Shown piece after piece: positions 26,250 to 38,712 of a stretch of 64,000 nucleotides of DNA. The notes under the pieces are model-generated. The model made no database searches. It saw only the letters and a list, made by a program, of their open reading frames with translations, and was not told where the DNA came from. How positions within the stretch are numbered: the stretch's first letter is position 1; each line of letters starts with the position of its first letter. Source of the DNA: Eledone cirrhosa (taxonomy: Eukaryota); the NCBI GenBank assembly GCA_964016885.1, contig OZ024746.1, positions 21,948,001 through 22,012,000 of the forward strand, read 5' to 3'. Position numbers and translations under genes: made by a program.

Positions 26250-27290
26250 TATCTTCACCATCACTGTTATCACCATCCCCATCATTACGATCATCATCAT
26301 CATCATCACAATCATCCCCCATCATCATCCTCACCATCCCCACCACCATCATCATCATCATCATCCTCACCATCCCCACCACCATCATCATCATCATCAT
26401 CATCACCATCATCATCATCATATTCACCATCACCATTATCACCGTCACTGTTACCATCATCACCATCACCACCATAATCATCATCACCATAATAATCATC
26501 CTTGTTATCATCACTATCACCATAATCATCATCATCACCACCATCACCACCATAATCATCAGTCATCATCACATAATCATTACCATATTCACCATCACCA
26601 CTACCACCACCACCACCATCACCACCACCACCACTACCACCATAATCATCAGTCATCATCACCATATTCACCATCATCACCATCATCACCACCATCACCA
26701 CCATCACCATCACCACCACAATAATCATCAGTCATCATCACCATAATCATTACCATATTCACCATCATCACCATCACCATCACCACCACAATAATCATCA
26801 GTCATCATCACCATAATCATTACCATCACCACCACCACCATCACCACCACCACCACCACCATCACCACCACAATAATCATCAGTCATCATCACCATAATC
26901 ATTACCATCACCACCACCACCATCACCACCACCACCACCACCACCACCATCACCACCACAATAATCATCAGTCATCATCACCATAATCATTACCATATTC
27001 ACCATCATCACCATCACCATCACCATCACCACCACAATAATCATCAGTCATCATCACCATAATCATTACCATCACCACCACCACCATCACCACCACCACC
27101 ACCATCACCATCACCACCACAATAATCATCAGTCATCATCACCATAATCATTACCATCACCACCACCACCATCACCACCACCACCACCACCACCACCACC
27201 ATCACCACCACAATAATCATCAGTCATCATCACCATAATCATTACCATTATCATCATTACCATCACAAACAAAAACAACAACAACAACGT
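26250..27290. repeat. (CAT/CAC)n array with a higher-order ~55-70-bp unit
   Basis: Recurrent CAATAATCATCAGTCATCATCACCATAATCATTACCAT separated by variable (CAC)n. Confidence 0.9.
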
Positions 27291-28204
27291 CAGGAGTATT
27301 TAAACCACTGAGTGTGTTCAACCCTGGGACATCCACATCCTGTGCCCATTACTGATGTTAGCCAAGTGTTTTGTTGTCACTCAGAGAGATATAGATTTAG
27401 ATTTAGTTACATATTTAATCTCTTTAAATGTTGACCTTTTAACTCCCAGATGGGATGGTAGTGGGGCAAGTGGTGGAAGGGAGGGATCACCATCTAGGCC
27501 TGTTTCTGAAGGAGGTTGGGGAGGGAGGAAGGGTTGACAGCTACGCCTGTTTCTGAGGGTGGGGAGAGACAAACAGACAAACTGGGGTAGGGAACAAGGG
27601 TCGATATCTAGGCCTGTTTCCTGAAAGGTGTGTGTGTGTGTGTGTGTGTGAGGGGGGGGGGGGCAAACAGAAATGGAGGAAAGTGCACTATCCAGATCTG
27701 TTTCTGAGAGAGAGTGGGGAGGAAGGTTACCCATCTCAGCCTCTTTCGGTGTGGAGGGGGGGGGGGGGGTCAAGAGGAGTAAGGTGGAGGACCATCTAGG
27801 CCTGTTCAAGGTCAACGGTCACATAAACAGTTCTGTTTCATTCTTACAGGAGACAATATCTAAGAAGCAAGAAAATGAAACTGGGATTAAATAATGATTT
27901 CTAATTTTTGGCCCAAGGACAGGAATTTTGGGAGGAGAGTAGTCAAATATCCCGACCCTCACTACTTAACTGGTACTTTGTTTTAATAAGATTTGAAGGG
28001 GTGAAAGGTAAAGCTGACTTCAGCGGGATTTGTACACAAAATCTAAAAAGTTGTAACTAAATAATAGTTTCTGATTTAGCCAGAGGGCCAACAATTTTGG
28101 GGAGGGGAAAGACGATTAAATTGTCCCAGTGCATTACTGGTACTTTATTTTATTGATCCCATAAGAATGAAAAACAAAGCTAACCATGGCATAAGGTTTA
28201 ATCA

Positions 28205-29545
28205 AATTTTTGACCAATATATGATACAGTGTATTATATAGTGATACTGGAATGAATTAAATTAGTAAAATGTCATCAGTGTTGAATATTGTGAACTATA
28301 AACAAGTATATAGTTTATGTAAAATAAATGTCAACTGTTTAAATGACAGTATACTGTGTTATTGTTATTGATATTGTTGTTATGCAGCCTCAGATCAGCT
28401 TTGATTAACTTGTAGATTCAGGTATGGAACTAACTCTATTCCTTCTTCTGAAATTAATGCAAATCTTAGGCAGACACATGATAATAATACAACTACAACA
28501 GCAACAACAACAATAATAATAGTAATAATAATCAAGTTCAAGGACACCCTCAGATAAACAGAGTGGTTTCTTGAAAAGATATGTGGAAAGACAGAAATTT
28601 CTAATGGAGTGGGAGTGAGAAAAGTGTACAGTTGAGGAGTGGTATTATAAAATTGTAAAACATCTATAACATTCTAAAACATTCACATCAATTCTAAAAT
28701 GCGTCTGAGACATCAAACTGTTATTTTCTTGGACATATTACACATTAAATGAAAAGTGGATGGGGATGATTTGAAAGACATTAATCATATGATTGTCCAA
28801 TCAGAACTGACTTAGGGATAAACAACAACAACTAATACCTACCCTAGTTTCACACAGGAGACCTGTGGTGGTTGGAATCTAAAAATAACATGAAATGTAA
28901 TCTAATTTTTGACCAATATATGATACAGTGTATTTATTATATAGTGATACTGGAATGAATTACATCAGTGTTGAATATAGTAAATGATAAAAAAGATTAT
29001 TGTTTATGCAAAATAAATGTCAAATGTTTAAATGACAGTATACTATGTTATTGTTACTGTTCTTTAGCATTAGATCAGCCTTGATTAACAGTTGGATTCT
29101 TCATTGGTCTTAATAACACACATTGTTATGGAACTAAGACTTCTGAAATTACTATGTAAGTAGCTGAGTATTCCATAGACATATCTACCATTGACTCTTT
29201 AGCATTTAAACCAGCCATATCCAACCAGAATTCCTCACCTCTTTCTGTTCAATCCAGCCCTAACAAGCAGCACATACCGATGTTAGGTTATTGTTCTCAA
29301 AATAAATAATATCAAAATCTTGTAGATTTGAATTATGTGAGATAATTATGTGAGATAAAGCCTTTACTGTGAAAATACAATAATATATAGAAAGTAATGT
29401 AAATGCTAAAGGGTTAATGTAAATCTCAGGCAGAGTCAGTGAGTCAAGAAAAAATAATAAAGTTCAAGGATTCCCTTAAATAAACAGAGCGGTTTCATGA
29501 AAAGATATGTAATAAAGACAGAAATTTCTAATGGAGAGGAGTGAA
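28205..29545. repeat. Old local direct duplication (28205-28620 vs 28904-29545)
   Basis: Both copies start AATTTTTGACCAATATATGATACAGTG and end GACAGAAATTTCTAATGGAG. The second copy carries a MITE. Confidence 0.75.
29195..29413. mobile_element. piggyBac-like MITE
   Basis: TTGA|CTCTTTAGCATTTA ... TAAATGCTAAAGGG|TTAA; same family as 56868-57200. Confidence 0.75.
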
Positions 29546-29579
29546 ACTAGTTGGGATTTGACTAATTACTATATATATA

Positions 29580-29894
29580 TATAATGAAAAATTGAACGGG
29601 AACAAAACAGAGAGGTAGTACAACAAATGTTTATTAATTTCACGCTCTTGAGAGTGGGGTGGTGGATAGCAGAAAATGAATGGAATAACAACAACACCCA
29701 AACAAACAATACTGACCTAAGAGAAATATAAATAAATAAATATATACACAAGCACAATAATAACAAACACATATAAACACACACTAGTAAACTAAGATAG
29801 AATACAATAACCAAAACACAGTCACCCAAACGCAAACACACACCAAACACTATACAGACACACACAAACGCATGCGCAGAGAAGAAGACAAAAA

Positions 29895-29929
<35 letters not shown>

Positions 29930-30220
29930 ACAGATTAAATAAAGATGGCGTAGACATACAATACAACAGGAGGAAACATAATAGCACCACTGACGATGTT
30001 GCAGATGTGCAACGAAAGAACTTTGTTAGACTATATATATGTGTTTGTGTCTATATTATATCTATATTTTTGACTGTTGGTCAGCCAATGGCAAACATTG
30101 AGGACCGAATAAATTAACTGATATAAAAGATACAGAAGCGAAAACCAACCAAACAGTGTGTTCTGTTATTAATTCTGGCAATATTATTAAAACAATATGA
30201 CCCTCCCCAAGTATAACAAT
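29580..30220 (+). mobile_element. Solo pseudo-LTR of a related Penelope-like family
   Basis: Same motif order as 31375-31774: GCATGCGCA, ATGGCGTAG, hammerhead, then terminal ATGACCCTCCC.AAGTATAACAAT(AT)n. Confidence 0.65.
29981..30034 (+). ncRNA. Minimal type I hammerhead ribozyme with degenerate stem I
   Basis: CTGACGA-t-GTTGCA/TGCAAC-GAAA-gaac-TT. Confidence 0.6.
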
Positions 30221-30394
30221 ATATATATATATTGTTATACTTTGGGAGGGTCATGTTGCCAATAAGAAACACACGCACCAGTTGCTTTCACTTCAATTTA
30301 TTATATATTTATAAATTTATAAATTTACAAATCTACAAACTTATAAATTTCTGGTTGGTTGGTTGGTTCCACAACCAGATAGTTGTTTATATAT

Positions 30395-30439
30395 AGTCAT
30401 AGTCCTTTCGTCACACACTCTGTGACCTCTTCAGTGACT
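30395..30439 (-). ncRNA. Hammerhead ribozyme, inverted copy
   Basis: Exact reverse complement of 31564-31608. Confidence 0.75.
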
Positions 30440-30653
30440 GGGGATTCCTTTCTTTGTTTCTGTGCCTTTCCTTTCTTCTATCCTACGCCATTTTGTTTCT
30501 CTGTGTGTGTTGTGTGCTCAGTTTGCGCATGCACCACATCCGGGTGTCTGTGTGTGTTTGTGTTCATTTATCTATTTGTTTATTTATTTATTTATTTATT
30601 GTTGGTTGGTTGTTTGTTCTATGTGTGTTTACCATTATTTACCATTTTTTCCC

Positions 30654-31328
30654 ATGAGAGTGTATAAAGGAGCCAGAACCAAATGGGAAAAAATGGTAAA
30701 TAATGACATAAATGGGACCTGCCCCTTGTATAGGAGCAAATTTTGGAATAGAATAGAAAGAACTAGGAACAAGGCCAATAGAATAAACTCATGGTATGAT
30801 AGCAATAAATACCAGAGTGTAATGTTCATCAATACAACCCCTAGAGGCGAACTAGCCTACAAATTTAGAAGGGCCCTAAATAAACATAAACTCAATATTA
30901 AGATAGTAGAAAGACCAGGTACCTCCGTAAAAACACTTATTAGCAAGACATACCCGTTCCAAAGACCCTCATGTATAGATAAGAAATGTATAACCTGTAA
31001 AATAAGCCCCCATATTAACTGTAAAACTAGAAATGTAGTGTATAGCATAAGATGTACTGAAGGACAATGTAGAAACAAAAATATAGTGTACATAGGTGAG
31101 ACAGCTCATAGTATAGAGGAACGAATAAATGAACACTAGCGAGACCTTCAAGATAATAAAGAATCATCTGTGCTCTACCAACATGCTAAGATAGAACACA
31201 GGGGTAGATTAGAGAACATAGAAATAAAAATAGAATCCACACACAGAAAAGATGCAATGTTTAGGCAAATTACAGAGGCAGTAAGCATAAAAGAATTACA
31301 ACCAAAATTAAATAGAAAATATGAGTGA
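30654..31328 (+). pseudogene. PLE linker plus GIY-YIG endonuclease, with a premature TAG at 31137
   Basis: TPRGELA, IKIVERPG, CxxxxCxxC, NVVYSIRC..C, YIGET, R..EH; after the stop, LYQHA..EH, RQITEAVSI and LNRKYE. Confidence 0.9.
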
Positions 31329-31563
31329 AACAGCAACATCACAACTTACAATTAAGGACAAAATGAAAACACACACACACATAGAACAAACAACCAACCA
31401 ACAATAAATAAATAAATAAATAAACAAATAGATAAATGAACACAAACACACACAGACACCCGGATGTGGTGCATGCGCAAACTGAGCACACAACACACAC
31501 AGAGAAACAAAATGGCGTAGGATAGAAGAAAGGAAAGGCACAGAAACAAAGAAAGGAATCCCC

Positions 31564-31608
31564 AGTCACTGAAGAGGTCACAGAGTGTGTGACGAAAGGA
31601 CTATGACT
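31564..31608 (+). ncRNA. Minimal type I hammerhead ribozyme
   Basis: Stem I AGTCA/TGACT, CTGAAGA, one extra G, stem II GTCACA/TGTGAC, GAAA, 1-bp stem III with GGAC loop; predicted cleavage after CTA (31603). Confidence 0.78.
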
Positions 31609-32100
31609 ATATATAAACAACTATCTGGTTGTGGAACCAACCAACCAACCAGAAATTTATAAGTTTGTAGATTTGTAAATTTATAAATTTATAAATATAT
31701 AATAAATTGAAGTGAAAGCAACTGGTGCGTGTGTTTCTTATTGGCAACATGACCCTCCCAAAGTATAACAATATCGGTTTCAACACACGATTTCAGATAA
31801 AGAATCTTGCTAAACAAATTCAGAAACGAAATATATATATATACATCTACATATATCTCTCTCTCTATATATATATTAGTGTGAATCTAATAAGACTGTT
31901 TTTGCATCTCTATGTTTGTCTTGTCTATTCTTGAACTATATCTATATCATCACCTGATAACATTAGAATTACTTCTGGACTACATGGAGTTCTAACAACG
32001 CTATTGGTCCTACCATAGACAGGTGGACATTGGTGTATATGTATGTATGTATGTATATATATATATATGTTTGTGTGTGTATATATATGTTTGTGTATAT

Positions 32101-32343
32101 CATCATCATCATCATTTTACGTTCGCTTTTCCCTGCTTGCCAGGGTGGGACGGGTCTTATTCAGCACAGCATCTCTCCACTTGTCACGGTCCTTCGTCAT
32201 CTCCACCGTGAGCTTCAGCGATCTGAGGTCTGTTCTCACCACCTCTGCCTATGTTTTTCGTGGTCTACCTCTACCACGTTTTTCTTCAACTGGCATTTCC
32301 TGGCACTTCTTCACCCATCGGTCATCCTCCATGCACATCACAT
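32101..32343 (-). mobile_element. Short 5'-truncated RTE copy
   Basis: Highly similar to the reverse complement of 13908-14145. Confidence 0.9.
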
Positions 32344-32360
32344 CTATATATAGATATGTT

Positions 32361-32428
<68 letters not shown>

Positions 32429-32786
32429 TATATAAACAGTAATGTCCAATGTAAAATAACTGAAAGATTGTGGAGAAAATAATTTCCTTTGTATTATTCC
32501 TCTTCATAAGGCGAGAATATTGAAATAATAAACTAGTCAACTATCTAAATGTTTGGTTATTTATTTACTCCAGGAAACTTATCAAATGGAGACAAACATT
32601 TCATTGTGAAGTTCAGCCAATAATACTAAACAGAAGAGCTTTGTATTGGTTTCAGAACATTCTTAACTCTGGAATGTTATTCTTCATTTGAAAGACAACA
32701 ATGGATTAATTAGGCTATATATATATATATATATTTCGTTTCTGAATTTGTTTAGCATTATTGGCAACATGACCCTCCCAAAGTAT

Positions 32787-32837
<51 letters not shown>

Positions 32838-33489
32838 TGTGTGTGTGTCACAACTATAGAATATAGATGTAAAGCAGTGATGATTATATATACATATATA
32901 ATGTGTGTGTGTGTGTGTGCCAGCTGAAAATATCTACACAAAATATCTACATGTGAGTGTGTGTATAGTCCTTCAGAATTTTGTTTCACAACCACCTGGG
33001 CTTGGGTTCTATTCCATTGCATAGCACTTTAAGCATGTATTGTCTACAATTGCCTTTTGAGGGAATTTGGTAGATAGAAACTAAGAGGAAGTCCATTGTA
33101 TATAAGTATATATAATCTTTGATAATTTGAGTAAAGCTCAAGGTTAACAATAAGGGTATCATGAAACAAAATTGTGAACAATAGAACGTTTGTGTGTGGA
33201 TGAAGAGTATGAAGGATTGATCAGATTATCTATGTCTGTGATGGCATGTGTTGAGACTAAGAAATATGAAAGAGAAAGAGAAGGCTAATGTGGTGAGTGA
33301 AGAATTTAGAGAAAGTAAGAAAATGTCATGACGGCTTGTCATTGTCACTAACCAGTAGCCAAACCAGCAGTTGGTCATAGGTCATTGCTACTATCAAAGT
33401 CTGCAATCAACTCTTTACTTTCGCCTTTTAAAAGTGAGGGCAACTTCATGCTGTGTTTGGTCATTTGGCAGGATTTACATAGAAATTAA

Positions 33490-33675
33490 TTGTTTCTACT
33501 TTTGACACAAGGCCAGCAATTATCCCAGTGCATTACTGGTACTTTATTTTATTGACCCTGTAAGGATGAAAGGTAAAGTTAACCTCGGCGGGATTTGAAC
33601 TCGGATCATAAAGGGCCGTAACTATGCTCCAAAGCATAGTGTCCGACCCTCTACCAATACTGCCAATCCACCGCT
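33490..33675 (-). mobile_element. SINE family B copy
   Basis: Reverse complement of 18921-19105. Confidence 0.85.
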
Positions 33676-33859
33676 TTACACAGAAATTAATGAACATTAA
33701 TATGCCAATGATTTGTATAATATGCAAAATAGCCATAGTTTTGTAGAATAAACATACAATGTATGCTTTTTTCTTTGATAGCGAGGCTCTGATATGTTTG
33801 TATATATTCATATAGTATATGCTTTTATATATATATAATATATATATATTATATATATG

Positions 33860-34182
33860 CAAAAGTTTTATTTAAAATTGTTGGGTTACAACAAGTAAAT
33901 ATTTTATAACTGATATAAAGCACTCGACAAGTTTTTGGAGTAGATATACAATATTAAACAAATGGAAACTATATTTATAAAACCATATTTATATCATTAT
34001 ACTATCCAGACAGCTTCCAAATATAATGGTCGCTTATAATAGGGTACGTCAAAATTATTTATAAAACTGTTTATATATTGTATTTTATCTGACGAAGGCA
34101 TGCCATATTTTTAATATGGTATCCCTGAAATATGTATAATGATATAAATATGGTTTTATAAATATAGTTTCCATTTGTTTAA
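33860..34182. mobile_element. Fold-back PLE remnant with hammerhead
   Basis: Perfect 49-bp inverted repeat at 33954-34002/34134-34182 with (TA)n on both sides. Confidence 0.7.
34081..34146 (+). ncRNA. Type I hammerhead ribozyme with long stem II
   Basis: TTAT-CTGACGA-AGG c ATGCCATAT/ATATGGTAT c CCT-GAAA-TATGTAT-A-ATGA. Confidence 0.7.
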
Positions 34183-35744
34183 CATCGTATATTATATATA
34201 TATATATATATATAAGGGAGAGAGAGAGAGAGTTCCCTTGCAAACAAACAACAAAATGTCATCATGTCTTTAGAAAAACTGAAGAGTCCTCCAGTCCATT
34301 TTTGACATGGTTTCTACAACTGGATGCTCTTCCTGTCACAAACCACTTTACAGAGCACACTGGGTACGTTTTATTATGTCACCAACACTAGAGATATTGT
34401 TGTGCTCTTGATATAACTGAAGAGTTTTCTTGATCCTTTTTCAACATAGTTTCTCCAGCTAGTTGCATATTGTACCACCAACTACCGTGTGAGGTGTACT
34501 AGGTGCATTTCTTTGGGCACCAGCATTTGGGAGGTTGTTATATCATGACTGAAGAGTCCTCTCAACCATTTCTGGCATGATTTTTATGGATGGATGTCCT
34601 TCCTAACACCAACCACTTTACAGAGTGTACTGGGTACATTTTATCATGGCACCAGCACTAGGAAAGTTGTCAAGTTGTCTGTCATTGACTCACCTGAAGA
34701 ACTCTCTCTACTCTAAGGTGAAATAAGGGATAGGAAGGTTGATAAGTATGATACCATGGGTACGTGACAATAGCTGAAAAAAATGTGTGTGTGTGTGTGC
34801 ATGTTTAAGTGTGTGTTTGTGTATGCATGTGTGTATTCTAATTTCATTGAATTTCCTTTTAAAGTTCAGTGAAGTAGTTTTAATACTAAAATATTTGCTT
34901 ATATTTTTTTCATATATACTACACTGAGCATATCTCATTTGAGAGCAAATTTAGAGGTTGGTGTATGGGGTTGGTGTATGGGGTTGGAGTTGGGGGTGGT
35001 TAGTTGTTGTGGTGGTGGTGGGTGGGGTGGGGGTTATATTCTGTTTTATTCCTGAAAATAAATAGCTTCTTGAAAGTGATTATTTTGACAATTTTCCTGG
35101 TCTCAGCTTCAGGTTAAATACATCAGACTGACACTTACTGGTTTGACCTTTCACTCTTCTAGTCTTTTAATAAATACAGTTATATTACATATAGTGTGGG
35201 GGTAGGGCGAGGGCTGAGGGAGGGGATATTGCTTAACATATACTGTGTGTGTGGGTGAGGGGTAGCGGCTGAGGGTGAGATACTGCTTAACAGCTAAAGT
35301 ACTTCCATTTCAAACAGGAAATAAGGAATTGACAACAACAACAATAATAATAATAACAATAATAATAATTGAATGAATAAAATAAAATTATATAGCCAAT
35401 CTCTTCTTCCTCAGCTTTCACTTGTCATGATTAGTGACTGATTACTACTACTACCACCACCACAACAACAACTACTACTACTTCCCTTCACCACCACTGT
35501 TACTACTATTACTACTGATGATGGTGGTAATGCTGCAATTGTTGCTTCTGTCATAGCTTTTGGGGGTTGTTGTTGTTTAGCCCTAGGTTAACTCTGAATC
35601 AAATACACCAATGAACAAAAGCGCTTCCATTTTTTTAAAGACAGTAAAATGTGATATACAGAATATTTGGTTGCTATTTCTAGCAGTCTAAGCAACCACC
35701 TGGATGCTGACTCATTGTTGTGAACAACTAGGATACATGAAATA

Positions 35745-35961
35745 TTGGTTTCTTATATAGGCACAAGGCCAGCAATTTTGGGGGAAGTGAAAGTCAATTA
35801 AATCGACCCCAGTGCGTGACTGGTACTTTATTTTATTGACCCCGTAAGGATGAAAGGCAAAGTTAACCTCGGCGGGATTTGAACTCAGATCATAAAGCAC
35901 CGTAACTCTTTGCTGCAAAGCATGGCGTCCGACTCTCTACCATTACTGCCAATCCACCGCC
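35745..35961 (-). mobile_element. SINE family B copy
   Basis: Nin-like domain with A and B boxes. Confidence 0.85.
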
Positions 35962-38317
35962 CTGCATGAATATATGAAATATTGAAAACTGATAATGTTG
36001 GGATATTGTAGTTCGTTTTATAGTAAGTAGTACCTTGTAAAGTAGTACCTTGTGGTCAAGTCAGGCTGATGTTTAGCCCCAGGCTAAACAACAATAATAA
36101 CATTATCATCATAAAAATTAGTGTGGTATGTAAAAAGACTCCCTCATTAGCTGGGTTTTTAATATGTTTGAATTTGAGGAATGACAGTTTGAAAAGGAAA
36201 ACATATAAGTGAAATGATATCACTACTATAAAATAAGAAGACATAAAACTGTATGAAAATATCTGCCTATACATGCAAAGTAAGATAATATAAGCAAGTG
36301 AATTGGCAGAGTCATTAGAACGTCAGATAAAATGCTTTGTAGTATTTGTTTTAGCTCTCTACTTTCTCAGTTCAAATCCCACCAAGGTCAACTTTCACTT
36401 TCATCATTATGAGGTCAATAAAAAAAGTACCAGTTTAGTACTGGAGTAGATTCTTCCTCAATATCTCATTTTCACTTCCATTCTCTCACTCTCTGGAAGA
36501 AATCTGCTGTATTTAGACCTAGAGAGGAGATGGGCTCCACCAGTTTTGTTTTATTTAGAATGCCCTAGAAATGCCCTATGTCAATAAGGCACTCCTACAA
36601 CTACATCAGGAGTTAAGGAACCATGCATGCTCGCATGTAATCTTATGCTGTATAATTGTTTTGATAAATACTGAGACTTGACTGACCTTTTCTTTTCATG
36701 CCAGTCACCATTGAAATCTCTGGTGTTCTTGGTCCTTGTAATACCATTTTCTTCCACAAAATTGGAAGGAGTGCATCTCATCCAATGAAGGAGCCTTGTA
36801 AGGTGGAATATATGATGTAGTATGTGTCGCTAGCTGTTTTCCATAGAAGTGCCTTCTGTGTGGGTTGCAGCTAAGCTATTTGTTGAGGCTCTTTACGCTG
36901 TGTTGGTTGTAGTCTTGTTGTTGGTAGTAAAAATAATAGTAGTAGATTGTATGTCTTCAACTGTGAAACCCTAAGCTAGTGCAACCTACATAACCAGAGT
37001 TCTGCATTTGAAACTTTCTAAAACCTATCATAAACTCATTTGATCAGTTTAGTGTCAAATTATACTCAGATTAACTATCAGTTCTCTTAACATACTATAA
37101 AGATTTTGCAGGAAATGTCTAAAAACAGGTTCTGATAATTCAAATTTTTATAGTGTCTTTATTCGTGGACAAATTGTTATGAAAATATGCAGTATTAGAG
37201 TAAAGATTTTAGTTTTTAATGTGATGTAGTCATAATGCTATTTGATACTTTTCAAGAATGTCTTGCTAATATGGTTTTGTGCATTACCACTAGTCTGGAC
37301 TTACCTATAAGCTAAATAAGATATAACTTTAAGGCCACATACCTTCAGGGGCTGTATTTTTAAAAATAGATTTATATTTTATCATTCATTATCATCATTA
37401 TCATTATCATCATTTAACGTCTATCTTCCACGCTAGCATGGGTTAGATGGGAATTGTCCCATTTGAGGCAAGATTGGTCGGGTGACTGTGTCTTGCTTGT
37501 ATAGGACTATCTGGCAGGTTTTCTATGGCTGGATGCCCTTCCTAACACCAACCACATTTACAGTGTGGACTGGGAGCTTTTTACTCTGTTACCTACATGA
37601 CCACATTACAGCGTGGATAATATATATATATATTATTTATTTTTATTAACATAAAAAATAATATATAATTATTTAAAATTCTTTTACCTTAAAATTCTTT
37701 AGAGAAAGGCCACAAATTTCATATAGCTTAGAGCCAAAGCAAATGAAAGTCCGATTCTGAGTACAGAATGTTAAGAGTTACTGGTGCCCATTGGAAACAC
37801 ACATACAATCACACATCCACAGTCCACCAGGCAAATGATTATCTCTCATTTCCATTATGCAGTGGTTGAAGTTTGGCTCTTCTATGTTGTACTCTACATC
37901 AAACTAGCCTTGGTGTGGTATTTTCTGGAGAATAAGACACCAGTCTACCAATTCTTTGGATCTTCCATGTTGTATTGTACATCAAACTATCCTATGAGTG
38001 TTATGAGAAGAGGTTTCAAGCTATTTATTCAACCCTCTGCCATGTTTGGAGCAGGGGATGTTGCAATTGATCTCTCATAATCTTTTTCATGGTACAGCAT
38101 AACCAAGTAGGGAAGAGAGGGGGGGGGGGCAGCAATAAATACATAGATTTGACTGGTAATCTATTTTTTTTACCCAGAAAGGATGAAAAGCAAAGTTGAC
38201 CTCAGTAGGATTTGAACTCAGAGTACAGAGAGCCAGAACTAATACTGCAAAGTATTCTATCTGACATTCTAATGAATTCACCAATTTGTCACCATCAATG
38301 TTATAATAATAATAATA

Positions 38318-38503
38318 ATTGTTTCTACTTTAGGCACAAGGCCAGCAAATACCCAGTGCATTACTGGTACTTTATTTTATTGACCCCGTAAGGATGAAAG
38401 GCAAAGTCAACCTCGGCGGGATTTGAACTCAGATCGTAAAGGGACGTAACTATGCTGGAAAGCATGGCATCTGACCCTCTACCGATACTGCCAAACCACC
38501 ACC
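38318..38503 (-). mobile_element. SINE family B copy
   Basis: Near-identical to 52092-52260; an older copy is adjacent at 38140-38290. Confidence 0.85.
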
Positions 38504-38507
38504 TTAT

Positions 38508-38712
38508 AATAATAATAATAATGAAATTATTGTGTACAGTCCTGAGGTGCACTACAACTCGTCAAAGGTGCATGTATAGTACATAGAATAATATGCAAAT
38601 GTCAGGGAAGTGAATAGTGTATGAGTCATGATATACATGTGTGCGTGTGTATTGAGGGAGAATATTAGGTGTAGTGTTGGCGAATCTCGGTAAGCATGGA
38701 GGTTTTAAAGGA
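38508..38712 (-). mobile_element. LINE 3' end (CR1/L2-like)
   Basis: Minus strand reads SFKTSMLTEIRQHYT*, then a UTR and an (ATT)n tail; shared with 6082-6215. Confidence 0.6.

Larger units (their letters stand above)
30229..31774 (+). mobile_element. 5'-truncated Penelope-like retroelement with inverted pseudo-LTR (Naiad-like)
   Basis: Apparently identical 400-bp inverted repeats at 30229-30628 and 31375-31774 flank a GIY-YIG ORF fragment; each repeat contains an HHR. The left end lies in (TA)n. Confidence 0.92.

Noticed and set aside
26182-26728. His-rich or Asp/Gly-rich protein
   Set aside because: Trinucleotide microsatellite artefact.
27851-27894. Terminal exon ETISKKQENETGIK*
   Set aside because: Only an acceptor-like site supports it; it is very short and runs into a SINE.
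30229-31774. DNA transposon with 400-bp TIRs
   Set aside because: The internal ORF is a PLE GIY-YIG endonuclease, not a transposase, and the repeats contain HHRs.
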